Assembly (NCBI RefSeq): GCF_041886205.1
Contig: NZ_CP169029.1
Direction: 5' to 3' (one strand)
Length of the DNA stretch: 64,000 nucleotides
DNA from: Escherichia coli
GTDB taxonomy: Bacteria; Pseudomonadota; Gammaproteobacteria; Enterobacterales; Enterobacteriaceae
The first letter of the stretch is position 1; each line of letters opens with the position of its first letter. Positions 1 to 8,948 of the stretch are shown here, one piece after another. The notes beneath the pieces were generated by a model. The model did no database searches. It saw only the letters and a program-made list of their open reading frames with translations, and was not told the origin of the DNA. The position numbers and the translations under genes were made by a program.

Positions 1-191
1 AAATGCAATGGAAAAGATGATATAGAGAGTGAAATAATCCAGATTATTACTATTGTTCATGCTACTAATGGCAATCCTGTCAAAACTTTCAAACAATTAT
101 AGCAAACAAAATAATGAACAATAGTAACAAGAGGCAACGAGCTAATTAGCTGTCTATAATTACACCGCACTATGGCCTTACTGATCGATTT

Positions 192-1715
192 TCACTCAAC
201 CACAACCTTCACCTTCGGTTTAGAAAGGATAATTTTGACCAGGTCGATGTATGTAACAGGTTTATAGAAATAATAACCCTGCTGAAATGTGATATTATTT
301 TGGTTCAGATAGTCAAGTTGTTCTTTCGTTTCGACACCTTCAGCGACGATACTGATCGAAAGTTTACGCGCCAGATCCAATACACAATCCAGAATTCGGG
401 TTGATTCTGGGTCTGCGTTTACGCGGCCAACGAAACTGTGATCAATTTTGATATAATCAATATGCAGGTCATGAAGATAAGAAAGCCCTGAGTAGCCAGT
501 ACCGAAATCATCCAGCGCGATGACAAAACCATTTTCATGCAGAATGTTCAACCGCTGAACCAGACTTTCATCAACATTCAATGGCTCACGCTCGGTGACT
601 TCCAGAACAAGGTTTAAATCGCGGCGGGTAAAACTGTCACGGAAATTTAAACACTCGTCGACAAACGTCGGCGAAATAATATGCGAAGCGCTAAAATTAA
701 TTCCAATATGAAAACCTTCCGGCAGTTTACTCGCGATAGCGTTCATCTGTCTGGCAACCTGATTCATCAGGCTTTGTGTAAGCGGAACGATTAATCCGGA
801 TTTTTCAGCAAGTGGAATAAATGCCGCGGGTGAAATATATCCACCGTGAGGTTGTTTCCAGCGGGCTAACACCTCAACTCCCCGCAATGTCCCTTCCCGA
901 CCATTTACCACAGGTTGGTAAAAAGGGACGATCTCCCCATTATTTATTGCCCGTCGCAGGATCTCTTCAGGCGTTGCGCTTTTATTGAAATACCTATCAA
1001 GCAGGAAAGCAGCGGCGCAGGCGATTAACAGAATAAATATCAAAATCCCAAAGCCTTTATCGATAAGTCTGTAGAAGCTAAAGAGTGGCGGCGGGTTAAA
1101 GATAATAGTGAAATGATATTTTGTGGAGTGAACCTTCTCGGTATAGGGATAATGTCCATTAAGTGTCATCACATCACCCGTAGGCCCAATAATGTCATCC
1201 GCCACGCGTAATACATACCTTACCCCTTTCAAGGGTACATTAAGCGCCCCACGAATATGCTGATCGCTTATCGTAACCAAAATGCGCGTATCTGCAAATT
1301 GGTTCTGATAGAGCAGGATAGGTAATCTATTAACGGTGTCGATTGCTGGAGCCAACAGTAAATTACTGTCCGGGACAACAGGAATACGAGACAACAGGAC
1401 CCGATTCCCAGGCAGGGATGTACACCAGACTATTCCCTGTTTGAGAATGATGATTGTGCGCAGGTGAGGTTTCAGAGCTGCTTCAGTGCCAAGCTGATAT
1501 TGCTCCTCGAGGTCGCATTCCTTCCCGGCAATGTTAACCGCTGTTTGAGTCGCCTGTGACGCTTCTTCAAGTATATGATTGATATTGTTGGCGGCATATC
1601 TCGCTCCCGACAGGTACTCTGCTTTTGCGGAATACCAGAGCTGGATGTTCAAAATAGCGACACCGGTTATAAATAAGCATATCGCAACGAGGATGGGTAT
1701 GAGTGTATTGCGCAT
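192..1715 (-). CDS. pdeG: CSS-motif EAL-domain c-di-GMP phosphodiesterase PdeG (YcgG); start taken at internal Met giving 507 aa
   Basis: 521-aa ORF on the track; N-terminal TM segment plus C-terminal EAL-like domain; synteny next to ymgC as in K-12. Confidence 0.8.
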   Translation of the reverse strand: MRNTLIPILVAICLFITGVAILNIQLWYSAKAEYLSGARYAANNINHILEEASQATQTAVNIAGKECDLEEQYQLGTEAALKPHLRTIIILKQGIVWCTSLPGNRVLLSRIPVVPDSNLLLAPAIDTVNRLPILLYQNQFADTRILVTISDQHIRGALNVPLKGVRYVLRVADDIIGPTGDVMTLNGHYPYTEKVHSTKYHFTIIFNPPPLFSFYRLIDKGFGILIFILLIACAAAFLLDRYFNKSATPEEILRRAINNGEIVPFYQPVVNGREGTLRGVEVLARWKQPHGGYISPAAFIPLAEKSGLIVPLTQSLMNQVARQMNAIASKLPEGFHIGINFSASHIISPTFVDECLNFRDSFTRRDLNLVLEVTEREPLNVDESLVQRLNILHENGFVIALDDFGTGYSGLSYLHDLHIDYIKIDHSFVGRVNADPESTRILDCVLDLARKLSISIVAEGVETKEQLDYLNQNNITFQQGYYFYKPVTYIDLVKIILSKPKVKVVVE

Positions 1716-1898
1716 TTGCTTGTCCCGGCCAAAGGGTTTAATACATGAAAATGCCATTCATTCGCTCGCGCTGGCATCTACAGAGAGCATGGTAGAGAGC
1801 ATAGGAAATATCCACGCCGAAGATAAAATTTTCTCCATCTTGATCTAACCCATTAATTATTGAGCATAATGTAGGCAGGATTAAATAAATTAGGTGGG

Positions 1899-1952
1899 AT
1901 ATCAGGCATCAAGAATGGAGAGCGAGAACTCTCCATTCTTGACACCTGATAT
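1899..1952. repeat. Long imperfect inverted repeat (about 25-bp arms; perfect 13-bp inner stem CAAGAATGGAGAG / CTCTCCATTCTTG around a 6-nt loop)
   Basis: Read directly from sequence; lies between ymgC stop and pdeG start. Confidence 0.7.
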
Positions 1953-2046
1953 TGCGGACATAATAAGAAAGCATAACGCCTGAAATGCTCACTTTGCATC
2001 AGCATGGTGATACAGCTGATGTTTATTCTAAAACCTTACTCAAGTT

Positions 2047-2295
2047 CTAAGAGAGCACGGATTCCCTGTCATTAATAATGATATCCGTTAGTGTAGTCTT
2101 ATGCATTTCAATGTACTGCAATATTTGCAGATAGAGATCAGAAAGAATCACACTGGTTTCATCTTTTAAACGCAAGCGTAAAGCCTGATCAATAATATGA
2201 CTATCAACATACCCATGCGTCATGAACACCTCCCTCTCGAGATTTTTAAACAAAGCACATTGAAAAATAAATCTCTCTGGGATTGAATTATTCAT
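2047..2295 (-). CDS. ymgC: YmgC, last gene of ycgZ-ymgA-ariR-ymgC operon
   Basis: 82-aa ORF; operon synteny. Confidence 0.75.
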   Translation of the reverse strand: MNNSIPERFIFQCALFKNLEREVFMTHGYVDSHIIDQALRLRLKDETSVILSDLYLQILQYIEMHKTTLTDIIINDRESVLS

Positions 2296-2407
2296 GTCAG
2301 CCTCGTAGAAATATTAACCCAATAAAATTATGCTGTGTATAGTCTAAAGCGACAGACAAAAATAAGATGAATGAGTTTTCTATAAACTTATACTTAATAA
2401 TTAGAAG

Positions 2408-2674
2408 TTACATATCATCAGCTGTGTATCGCAACACGATTTCCAGTGTTTTTCTAATCACATCAGCTTTGAGAATATCACTTGTTGTTTCCAGGGAGTG
2501 TATCAGACTTAAGATAATATTTTTATTATTAACATTATCGCCTGAAAGCATTAAATTGGTGACAGCCTGCCCTAACACAGCTGACTCTTCTTCTAACAAA
2601 TTACCCGAACTGCGAAAGTAACTTGCTAACGCTTTATCAGTTATTGCATTATGAATTGTAGTATCTTCAAGCAT
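2408..2674 (-). CDS. ariR: AriR (YmgB) biofilm/acid-resistance regulator
   Basis: 88-aa ORF; recognised sequence and synteny. Confidence 0.8.
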
Positions 2675-2702
2675 GGTAACCTCTCATCTTACTTATGAAA
2701 TT

Positions 2703-2975
2703 TTAATGTATTCTGTTTATTTTCTTACCATTGAACATACTTTTATTGTCAGCTGTCGCTGTTCTTCGGTTTAGCCCTCCTGAATCACTATTGCTAAAAT
2801 CACGAATTATGCTGTCGATTAAATCGCGTCGGAAAGCATCTTCCTCAGCCGATTTCATTACGAGTAATTGCTTAATAAGAGTCTGCAATGAAAAATTTAT
2901 CTTCATGCGCAGTATCTGGAGCACCGCCTGGCCAGTAATTTCATATTTTATACGTTCATTATCAGATGTCTTCAT
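2703..2975 (-). CDS. ymgA: YmgA, RcsB-connector family
   Basis: 90-aa ORF; synteny. Confidence 0.75.
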   Translation of the reverse strand: MKTSDNERIKYEITGQAVLQILRMKINFSLQTLIKQLLVMKSAEEDAFRRDLIDSIIRDFSNSDSGGLNRRTATADNKSMFNGKKINRIH

Positions 2976-3017
2976 AACGACTTCATAGCTAACCTGTTAA
3001 ATAATCAGGCTGTTGCA

Positions 3018-3248
3018 TTATTCAAAAAGCAACCCAATTAGTGCATTATAATGTTTCTGTTCCCCTGTCGCTTGTTCCAGTCGGCATAGAAGTTTGGCAC
3101 AAAGCGACTTTCGACTCAGATTACGTCCATCTTTCAAAATCTCAGTCACAATTTCCCCGAGAGTTTCCTGCTGAGTAGGCAAGTTAGCTTTTGCAAAGTA
3201 ACGAGTGATTGCTCCCGCAGAATCTAAAGTCACTGAATTTTGATGCAT
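3018..3248 (-). CDS. ycgZ: YcgZ, first gene of BluR-repressed operon
   Basis: 76-aa ORF beginning MHQNSVTLDSAGAITRYF; divergent from bluF. Confidence 0.8.
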   Translation of the reverse strand: MHQNSVTLDSAGAITRYFAKANLPTQQETLGEIVTEILKDGRNLSRKSLCAKLLCRLEQATGEQKHYNALIGLLFE

Positions 3249-3302
3249 GCTACGCCTCTGTTAAAAATGTTAATCAATGTTAAGTGAGGTAACAATAGCA
3301 AA

Positions 3303-3324
3303 CTTGTACGAAATATGTGTACAG
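3303..3324. promoter_or_regulatory. Candidate operator in ycgZ promoter region (TTGTAC-N9-GTACA partial palindrome)
   Basis: Seen in sequence about 55-75 bp upstream of ycgZ start; related to the TTGTACAA palindromes upstream of bluR. Confidence 0.3.
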
Positions 3325-3874
3325 AATGATAAATTAATTTTTTGCATTTAGTGCTAATACATACAAAACAACAAGTTATGATAAAAATTATTGCATCATT
3401 TAAATGACAACCTATACAAAAATTTTCGCCAACTCATCTTTAACTTTTTCCATTTTTTATCAATGTAAAGAAACAGTTATGTTTTGGTATTAAAAGAAAG
3501 ACACCGGAAGATATGTCTGTTACCGTCTTACTCTCACCTCTCCCATTACCCTGGACAGTTAATGCTTACCACCCTTATTTATCGTAGCCATATACGTGAC
3601 GACGAACCTGTCAAAAAAATCGAAGAAATGGTTTCGATAGCAAATCGCAGGAACATGCAGTGTGACGTAACAGGGATCTTACTGTTTAATGGTTCTCATT
3701 TTTTCCAGCTTCTGGAAGGTCCGGAAGAACAGGTTAAAATGATATATCGGGCTATATGTCAGGATCCACGGCACTATAATATTGTTGAACTGCTGTGCGA
3801 TTACGCGCCTGCTCGCCGTTTTGGCAAAGCGGGAATGGAATTATTTGATTTGCGCTTGCACGAGCGAGATGACG

Positions 3875-3883
3875 TTTTACAGG
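3875..3883. repeat. Left copy of 9-bp target-site duplication TTTTACAGG
   Basis: Identical 9-mer immediately flanks both IS ends. Confidence 0.9.
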
Positions 3884-4940
3884 GGCTTTGTTGAATAAAT
3901 CGAACTTTTGCTGAGTTGAAGGATCAGATCACGTATCTTCCCGACAACGCAGACCGTTCCGTGGCAAAGCAAAAGTTCAAAATCACCAACTGGCCCACCT
4001 ACAATAAAGCCCTCATCAACCGTGGCTCCATAACTTTCTGGCTGGATGATGAAGCTATTCAGGCCTGGTATGAGTCAGCAACACCTTCTTCACGAGGCAG
4101 ACCTCAGCGCTATTCTGACCTTGCCATCACGACTGTGCTGGTCATTAAACGCGTATTCAGGCTGACCCTGCGCGCTGCGCAGGGCTTTATTGATTCCATT
4201 TTTTCTCTGATGAACGTTCCGCTACGCTGCCCGGATTACAGCTGTGTCAGCAGGCGGGCAAAGTCGGTTAATGTCAGTTTCAAAACGCCCACCCGGGGTG
4301 AAATCGCACACCTGGTAATTGATTCCACCGGGCTGAAGGTCTTCGGTGAAGGCGAGTGGAAAGTCAAAAAGCATGGCCAGGAACGCCGCCGTATCTGGCG
4401 TAAGCTGCATCTCGCCGTTGACAGTAAAACACATGAAATCATCTGCGCTGACCTGTCGCTGAACAACGTTACGGACTCAGAGGCCTTCCCCGGGTTAATC
4501 CGGCAAACCCACCGGAAAATCAGGTCAGCCGCCGCCGATGGCGCTTACGATACCCGGCTATGTCACGATGAACTGCGGCGTAAGAAAATCAGCGCGCTTA
4601 TCCCTCCCCGAAAAGGTGCGGGTTACTGGCCCGGTGAATATGCAGACCGTAACCGTGCAGTGGCTAATCAGCGAATGACCGGGAGTAATGCGCGGTGGAA
4701 ATGGACAACAGATTACAACCGTCGCTCGATAGCGGAAACGGCGATGTACCGGGTAAAACAGCTGTTCGGGGGTTCACTGACGCTGCGTGACTACGATGGT
4801 CAGGTTGCAGAGGCTATGGCCCTGGTACGAGCGCTGAACAAAATGACGAAAGCAGGTATGCCTGAAAGCGTGCGTATTGCCTGAAAACACAACCCGCTAC
4901 GGGGGAGACTTACCCGAAATCTGATTTATTCAACAAAGCC
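3884..4940 (+). mobile_element. IS903-group insertion sequence (IS5 family), 1057 bp, 18-bp terminal inverted repeats GGCTTTGTTGAATAAATC
   Basis: Terminal IRs read at 3884-3901 and 4923-4940 (reverse complement); single transposase ORF; 9-bp TSD. Confidence 0.9.
3961..4884 (+). CDS. IS903-type DDE transposase (307 aa from GTG start; track ORF starts at upstream ATG 3916)
   Basis: Protein VAKQKFKITNWPTYNKALINRGS... recognised as IS903/IS102-like transposase. Confidence 0.85.
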   Translation: MAKQKFKITNWPTYNKALINRGSITFWLDDEAIQAWYESATPSSRGRPQRYSDLAITTVLVIKRVFRLTLRAAQGFIDSIFSLMNVPLRCPDYSCVSRRAKSVNVSFKTPTRGEIAHLVIDSTGLKVFGEGEWKVKKHGQERRRIWRKLHLAVDSKTHEIICADLSLNNVTDSEAFPGLIRQTHRKIRSAAADGAYDTRLCHDELRRKKISALIPPRKGAGYWPGEYADRNRAVANQRMTGSNARWKWTTDYNRRSIAETAMYRVKQLFGGSLTLRDYDGQVAEAMALVRALNKMTKAGMPESVRIA

Positions 4941-4949
4941 TTTTACAGG
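4941..4949. repeat. Right copy of 9-bp target-site duplication TTTTACAGG
   Basis: Seen in sequence. Confidence 0.9.
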
Positions 4950-5961
4950 CCGTATTCGACAAAGGCACATCAAAATTTCAGCTAACTTATGATGACAGAG
5001 CGCTACAATTTTTTCGTACTTTTGTCCTTGCAACCGAACAATCAACCTATTTCGAGATCCCTGCCGAAGATTCCTGGCTTTTTATCGCTGACGGATCTGA
5101 TAAAGAACTTGATTTCTATACCCTTTCACCAAATATAAACGACCGCTTTGCCTTTCATCCAATTGTCGATCCCTTATCGCGGCGGATAATCGCTTTTGAA
5201 GCCATTGTGCAAAAAAATGAAGATAGCCCATCAGCTATAGCGGTTGGGCAGCGTAAAGACGGGGAAATCTACAAAGCGGATCTCAAAAGTAAGGCGCTTG
5301 CATTCGCGATGGCACACGCACTTGAGCTCGGTGATAAAATGATTTCAATCAATCTATTACCTATGACCCTGGTTAACGAACCTGACGCAGTCTCTTTTTT
5401 ACTTAATGAAATAAAGGCCAATGCTCTGGTGCCTGAACAAATCATCGTTGAATTTACTGAAAGTGAAGTCATATCTCGGTTTGATGAGTTTGCCGAAGCG
5501 ATTAAATCGCTAAAGGCTGCTGGTATCAGTGTAGCAATTGATCATTTTGGCGCAGGTTTTGCTGGTTTGTTACTCCTGTCACGCTTCCAGCCTGACAGAA
5601 TTAAAATCAGTCAGGAATTGATTACCAATGTTCATAAAAGTGGGCCACGGCAGGCAATTATTCAGGCGATCATAAAATGCTGTACATCACTTGAAATTCA
5701 AGTCAGTGCTATGGGCGTGGCAACACCAGAAGAGTGGATGTGGCTTGAATCCGCAGGAATTGAGATGTTTCAGGGGGATCTGTTTGCTAAAGCTAAATTG
5801 AATGGTATCCCTTCCATAGCGTGGCCGGAGAAAAAATAATTTTCAGCACATTCTTTCACATGATTTCAGTAAATCATCGTGAAAATGAATACGTTATGTT
5901 TAAATTTAATCCACATTAAAAATAATGTTTCATCCAAATTAGCTGAAATCTTATTTATACT

Positions 5962-5989
5962 TTGTACAATTTTAGCGTATATTGTACAA
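5962..5989. promoter_or_regulatory. Two copies of the self-complementary octamer TTGTACAA spaced 20 bp start-to-start, upstream of bluR
   Basis: Read directly; 55-80 bp upstream of bluR start; position typical of an operator within a promoter. Confidence 0.35.
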
Positions 5990-6043
5990 AGTATTATTGG
6001 GTCGTGTACAGGCGACGGAGATTTATGACCGCAAGGAGGAATT

Positions 6044-6775
6044 GTGGCTTATTACAGCATTGGTGATGTTGCTGAACGTTGCGGGATTAATCCTGTCACT
6101 CTCCGGGCCTGGCAACGCCGCTACGGTTTGTTAAAACCACAGCGCAGTGAAGGCGGACACCGACTCTTTGATGAAGAAGACATACAACGTATCGAAGAGA
6201 TCAAGCGTTGGATAAGTAATGGCGTCCCTGTAGGCAAAGTTAAAGCATTACTGGAAACCACCAGCCAGGATACGGAAGATGACTGGAGCCGCCTGCAAGA
6301 AGAGATGATGTCAATTCTTCGTATGGCTAATCCTGCCAAACTACGCGCAAGAATTATTTCACTGGGTCGAGAGTACCCAGTAGATCAATTGATTAATCAT
6401 GTTTACCTTCCTGTTCGCCAGCGTCTCGTGCTTGATCACAACACCTCCCGCATTATGAGCAGTATGTTTGACGGCGCATTAATTGAATATGCAGCAGCCT
6501 CGCTTTTCGAAATGCGCCGTAAGCCCGGTAAAGAAGCCATTCTGATGGCGTGGAATGTTGAAGAGAGAGCACGATTGTGGCTGGAAGCATGGCGTTTATC
6601 ATTGTCAGGATGGCACATTTCTGTTCTTGCTGATCCCATTGAATCGCCGCGCCCGGAACTGTTCCCGACGCAAACATTGATTGTCTGGACAGGCATGGCA
6701 CCAACAAGAAGGCAAAACGAACTTTTACAACATTGGGGTGAGCAAGGTTATAAAGTCATCTTTCATGCCCCCTAA
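6044..6775 (+). CDS. bluR: MerR-family repressor BluR (YcgE)
   Basis: 243-aa ORF with N-terminal MerR HTH ([27 protein letters not shown]); synteny. Confidence 0.85.
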   Translation: MAYYSIGDVAERCGINPVTLRAWQRRYGLLKPQRSEGGHRLFDEEDIQRIEEIKRWISNGVPVGKVKALLETTSQDTEDDWSRLQEEMMSILRMANPAKLRARIISLGREYPVDQLINHVYLPVRQRLVLDHNTSRIMSSMFDGALIEYAAASLFEMRRKPGKEAILMAWNVEERARLWLEAWRLSLSGWHISVLADPIESPRPELFPTQTLIVWTGMAPTRRQNELLQHWGEQGYKVIFHAP

Positions 6776-6994
6776 TTTCACCTTTATCCCGCCCCTTAGA
6801 CAGAATGTTATAATCTGAACCCACAACAGCGTTTGTACCGGAGCTGGTCCGTTGCAAAATGCTCACCGGACAATTCAGGTAATCCCCCTTTCACACTTTG
6901 TACATATCACAGCCAAAGGACAGACCAGATTGAAGTGGTAAAACCGATCGTGCACACTACGCAGTCTCACAACTAACAAGAGGTTATTATCCTG

Positions 6995-7399
6995 ATGGAT
7001 CAGGTCGTTGTTTTTCAAAAGATGTTTGAGCAAGTGAGAAAAGAGCAAAACTTCTCCTGGTTTTATTCAGAATTAAAACATCACCGTATTGCACATTACA
7101 TTTATTATCTGGCTACGGATAACATCAGAATTATTACTCACGATGACACGGTTTTGTTATTAAGAGGAACCAGAAACCTGTTAAAAGTTAGTACGACCAA
7201 GAACCCTGCTAAAATAAAAGAGGCCGCATTGCTTCATATTTGCGGAAAATCTACATTTCGGGAATACTGCTCAACACTGGCAGGCGCGGGCGTTTTCCGT
7301 TGGGTTACTGATGTTAATCATAACAAACGCAGTTACTACGCCATTGATAATACGCTTTTATATATTGAAGATGTAGAAAATAATAAACCATTAATCTAG
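6995..7399 (+). CDS. ycgX: YcgX (DUF1398 family) protein
   Basis: 134-aa ORF; synteny. Confidence 0.7.
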   Translation: MDQVVVFQKMFEQVRKEQNFSWFYSELKHHRIAHYIYYLATDNIRIITHDDTVLLLRGTRNLLKVSTTKNPAKIKEAALLHICGKSTFREYCSTLAGAGVFRWVTDVNHNKRSYYAIDNTLLYIEDVENNKPLI

Positions 7400-7605
7400 C
7401 TAAAGTTGGATGCTTAAGAAATGCTTCATAATTCAGTAAGGCATTAGCATAATGGGAATAAAAGTGCAGAGACCATTCCTATGGTTCTAATACTGCCTTT
7501 TTATTGCCGCCCATAGATGTTCAGTACACCAATACTATAAAATTGATATTGAAATGTACTCCCTTGCTTATTGATACATTATTTTATACGGTTAGTTTGC
7601 TTTTA

Positions 7606-7633
7606 AAAACAACGGGCGTGCTATACGCCTGTT
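7606..7633. repeat. Second copy (26/28 identical) of the icd terminator hairpin sequence
   Basis: AAAACAACGGGCGTGCTATACGCCTGTT versus AAAACAACGGGCGTGTTATACGCCCGTT at 8897-8924. Confidence 0.7.
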
Positions 7634-7778
7634 TCATGGCTTAACCCATATTAATTTTGCTTTATTTTTCATCGCGTTATAAGTTTTTAACCAGCAACGA
7701 GTTATCCTTTACTATAAAGTTCAATAGTTGAGACCTTACCCTCATGTCATGCGTATATTCATTATAATGCTCCTTAGA

Positions 7779-7805
7779 CAAAAAAAGCCAACCATGATGG
7801 TTGGC
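7779..7805 (-). terminator. Intrinsic-terminator-like hairpin (GCCAACCAT/ATGGTTGGC) followed by a U7 tract on the minus strand; no annotated minus-strand gene upstream
   Basis: Seen in sequence. Confidence 0.4.
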
Positions 7806-8024
7806 AAAGTGGCACAAAGTAGCATAAAGGCTATGCTTTAATTACAGAAGGTTCAGTCATTTAAATGTATATCGTTTTATCTAAACAGAACTAAAACGAA
7901 GTGAATGATTTCACTTTTCCACTAAATCTCATTTTGTTTAATCTCTGTTGAGATTCCTTGCTTTAAATTTTGTTTTATAAAACAGTAGCTTTATTTTTTA
8001 ATTGATTTTTAGGTAATATAAAAA

Positions 8025-8279
8025 ATGCAAAATCAAGAAATGAATATCCAAATTAAACTATACGCTTATTTAAATAAATATGACACTCGCCTTACAGAAG
8101 AAAAAATTGCGATTGATAAAGCTATTAGAGAATTACATTTTAGCAGCGAGCATGTTGATAACAAAAAAATAATACTGAAGTTACTTTCATTTTTATCATA
8201 TACAGATGATGTTGTTGAAAAAGACATTATCAGAAATACATTGGAAGTGGTTCTTCTTTTTACTTCCGATGATATTTAA
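8025..8279 (+). CDS. AriR/YmgB-family paralogue (84 aa)
   Basis: C-terminal half KIILKLLSFLSYTDDVVEKDIIRNTLEVVLLFTSDDI parallels Ari[39 protein letters not shown] in this same window. Confidence 0.6.
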   Translation: MQNQEMNIQIKLYAYLNKYDTRLTEEKIAIDKAIRELHFSSEHVDNKKIILKLLSFLSYTDDVVEKDIIRNTLEVVLLFTSDDI

Positions 8280-8522
8280 TTGGATTCACTAACTTTATTA
8301 TCAAAATTATTGTCCGAACACTACCTTTCTTACTTATGTTTAATAATAATCACTGCGAATGAGGGGCGCACAACTATATTTTTCTCACACCTGTGATGTA
8401 AAAACACGAGAAAATCCAAATAAAGAACAACATTTGCAATTCCCACCAGATGGATTGCATCACACTTTATTATTCAAAATATTTATCAGCATCATTAAAA
8501 GCCGAAGGATAAGACAAAACAA

Positions 8523-8846
8523 ATGAAGTGGATAGTAATTGACACGGTAATTCAACCTACATGTGGTATATCTTTTTCAGCCATATGGGGTGATATGAAA
8601 ATGATCATCTGGTATCAATCTACTATATTTCTCCCTCCTGGTAGTATATTTAAACCGGTTAAATCTGGTATTATCCTTAAAGATAAAGAATATCCTATTA
8701 CTATTTATAACATCGCACCATTCAACAAGGATTTATGGAGTCTACTCAAAAGCAATCAAGAGTGTCCTCCAGGAGAAAGCAAAATAACAAATAAATGTTT
8801 GCATAATAGTTGCATTATAAAAATATGCCCATATGGGCTCAAGTAA
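8523..8846 (+). CDS. iraM: IraM anti-adaptor protein (RpoS stabiliser)
   Basis: 107-aa [26 protein letters not shown]...; position next to icd. Confidence 0.8.
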   Translation: MKWIVIDTVIQPTCGISFSAIWGDMKMIIWYQSTIFLPPGSIFKPVKSGIILKDKEYPITIYNIAPFNKDLWSLLKSNQECPPGESKITNKCLHNSCIIKICPYGLK

Positions 8847-8896
8847 AGGGTTTAATATAAATATGCTCGATATGCTATTAATAATACCTACATAAA

Positions 8897-8924
8897 TAAA
8901 ACAACGGGCGTGTTATACGCCCGT
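8897..8924 (-). terminator. icd intrinsic terminator (hairpin AACGGGCG...CGCCCGTT followed by a U-rich tract on minus strand)
   Basis: Seen in sequence 25 bp downstream of icd stop. Confidence 0.65.
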
Positions 8925-8948
8925 TGCAATATTAAACACATGTAGTGA

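Larger units (their letters stand above)
3562..5839 (+). pseudogene. bluF: bluF (ycgF) BLUF-EAL blue-light anti-repressor, disrupted by IS insertion after about codon 107
   Basis: 5' part (3562-3883) encodes BLUF domain; reading frame resumes exactly after the duplicated 9-bp target at 4950 and continues into the EAL-like domain to 5839; 322+890 nt = 403 codons plus stop without the IS. Confidence 0.9.

Noticed and set aside
1579-1848. 89-aa plus-strand ORF
   Set aside because: Overlaps the pdeG 5' end on the opposite strand; no RBS or coding signature.
8280-8522. PhoP box in the iraM promoter
   Set aside because: Only a single TGTTTA half-site (about 8336-8341) found by eye; no convincing direct repeat.
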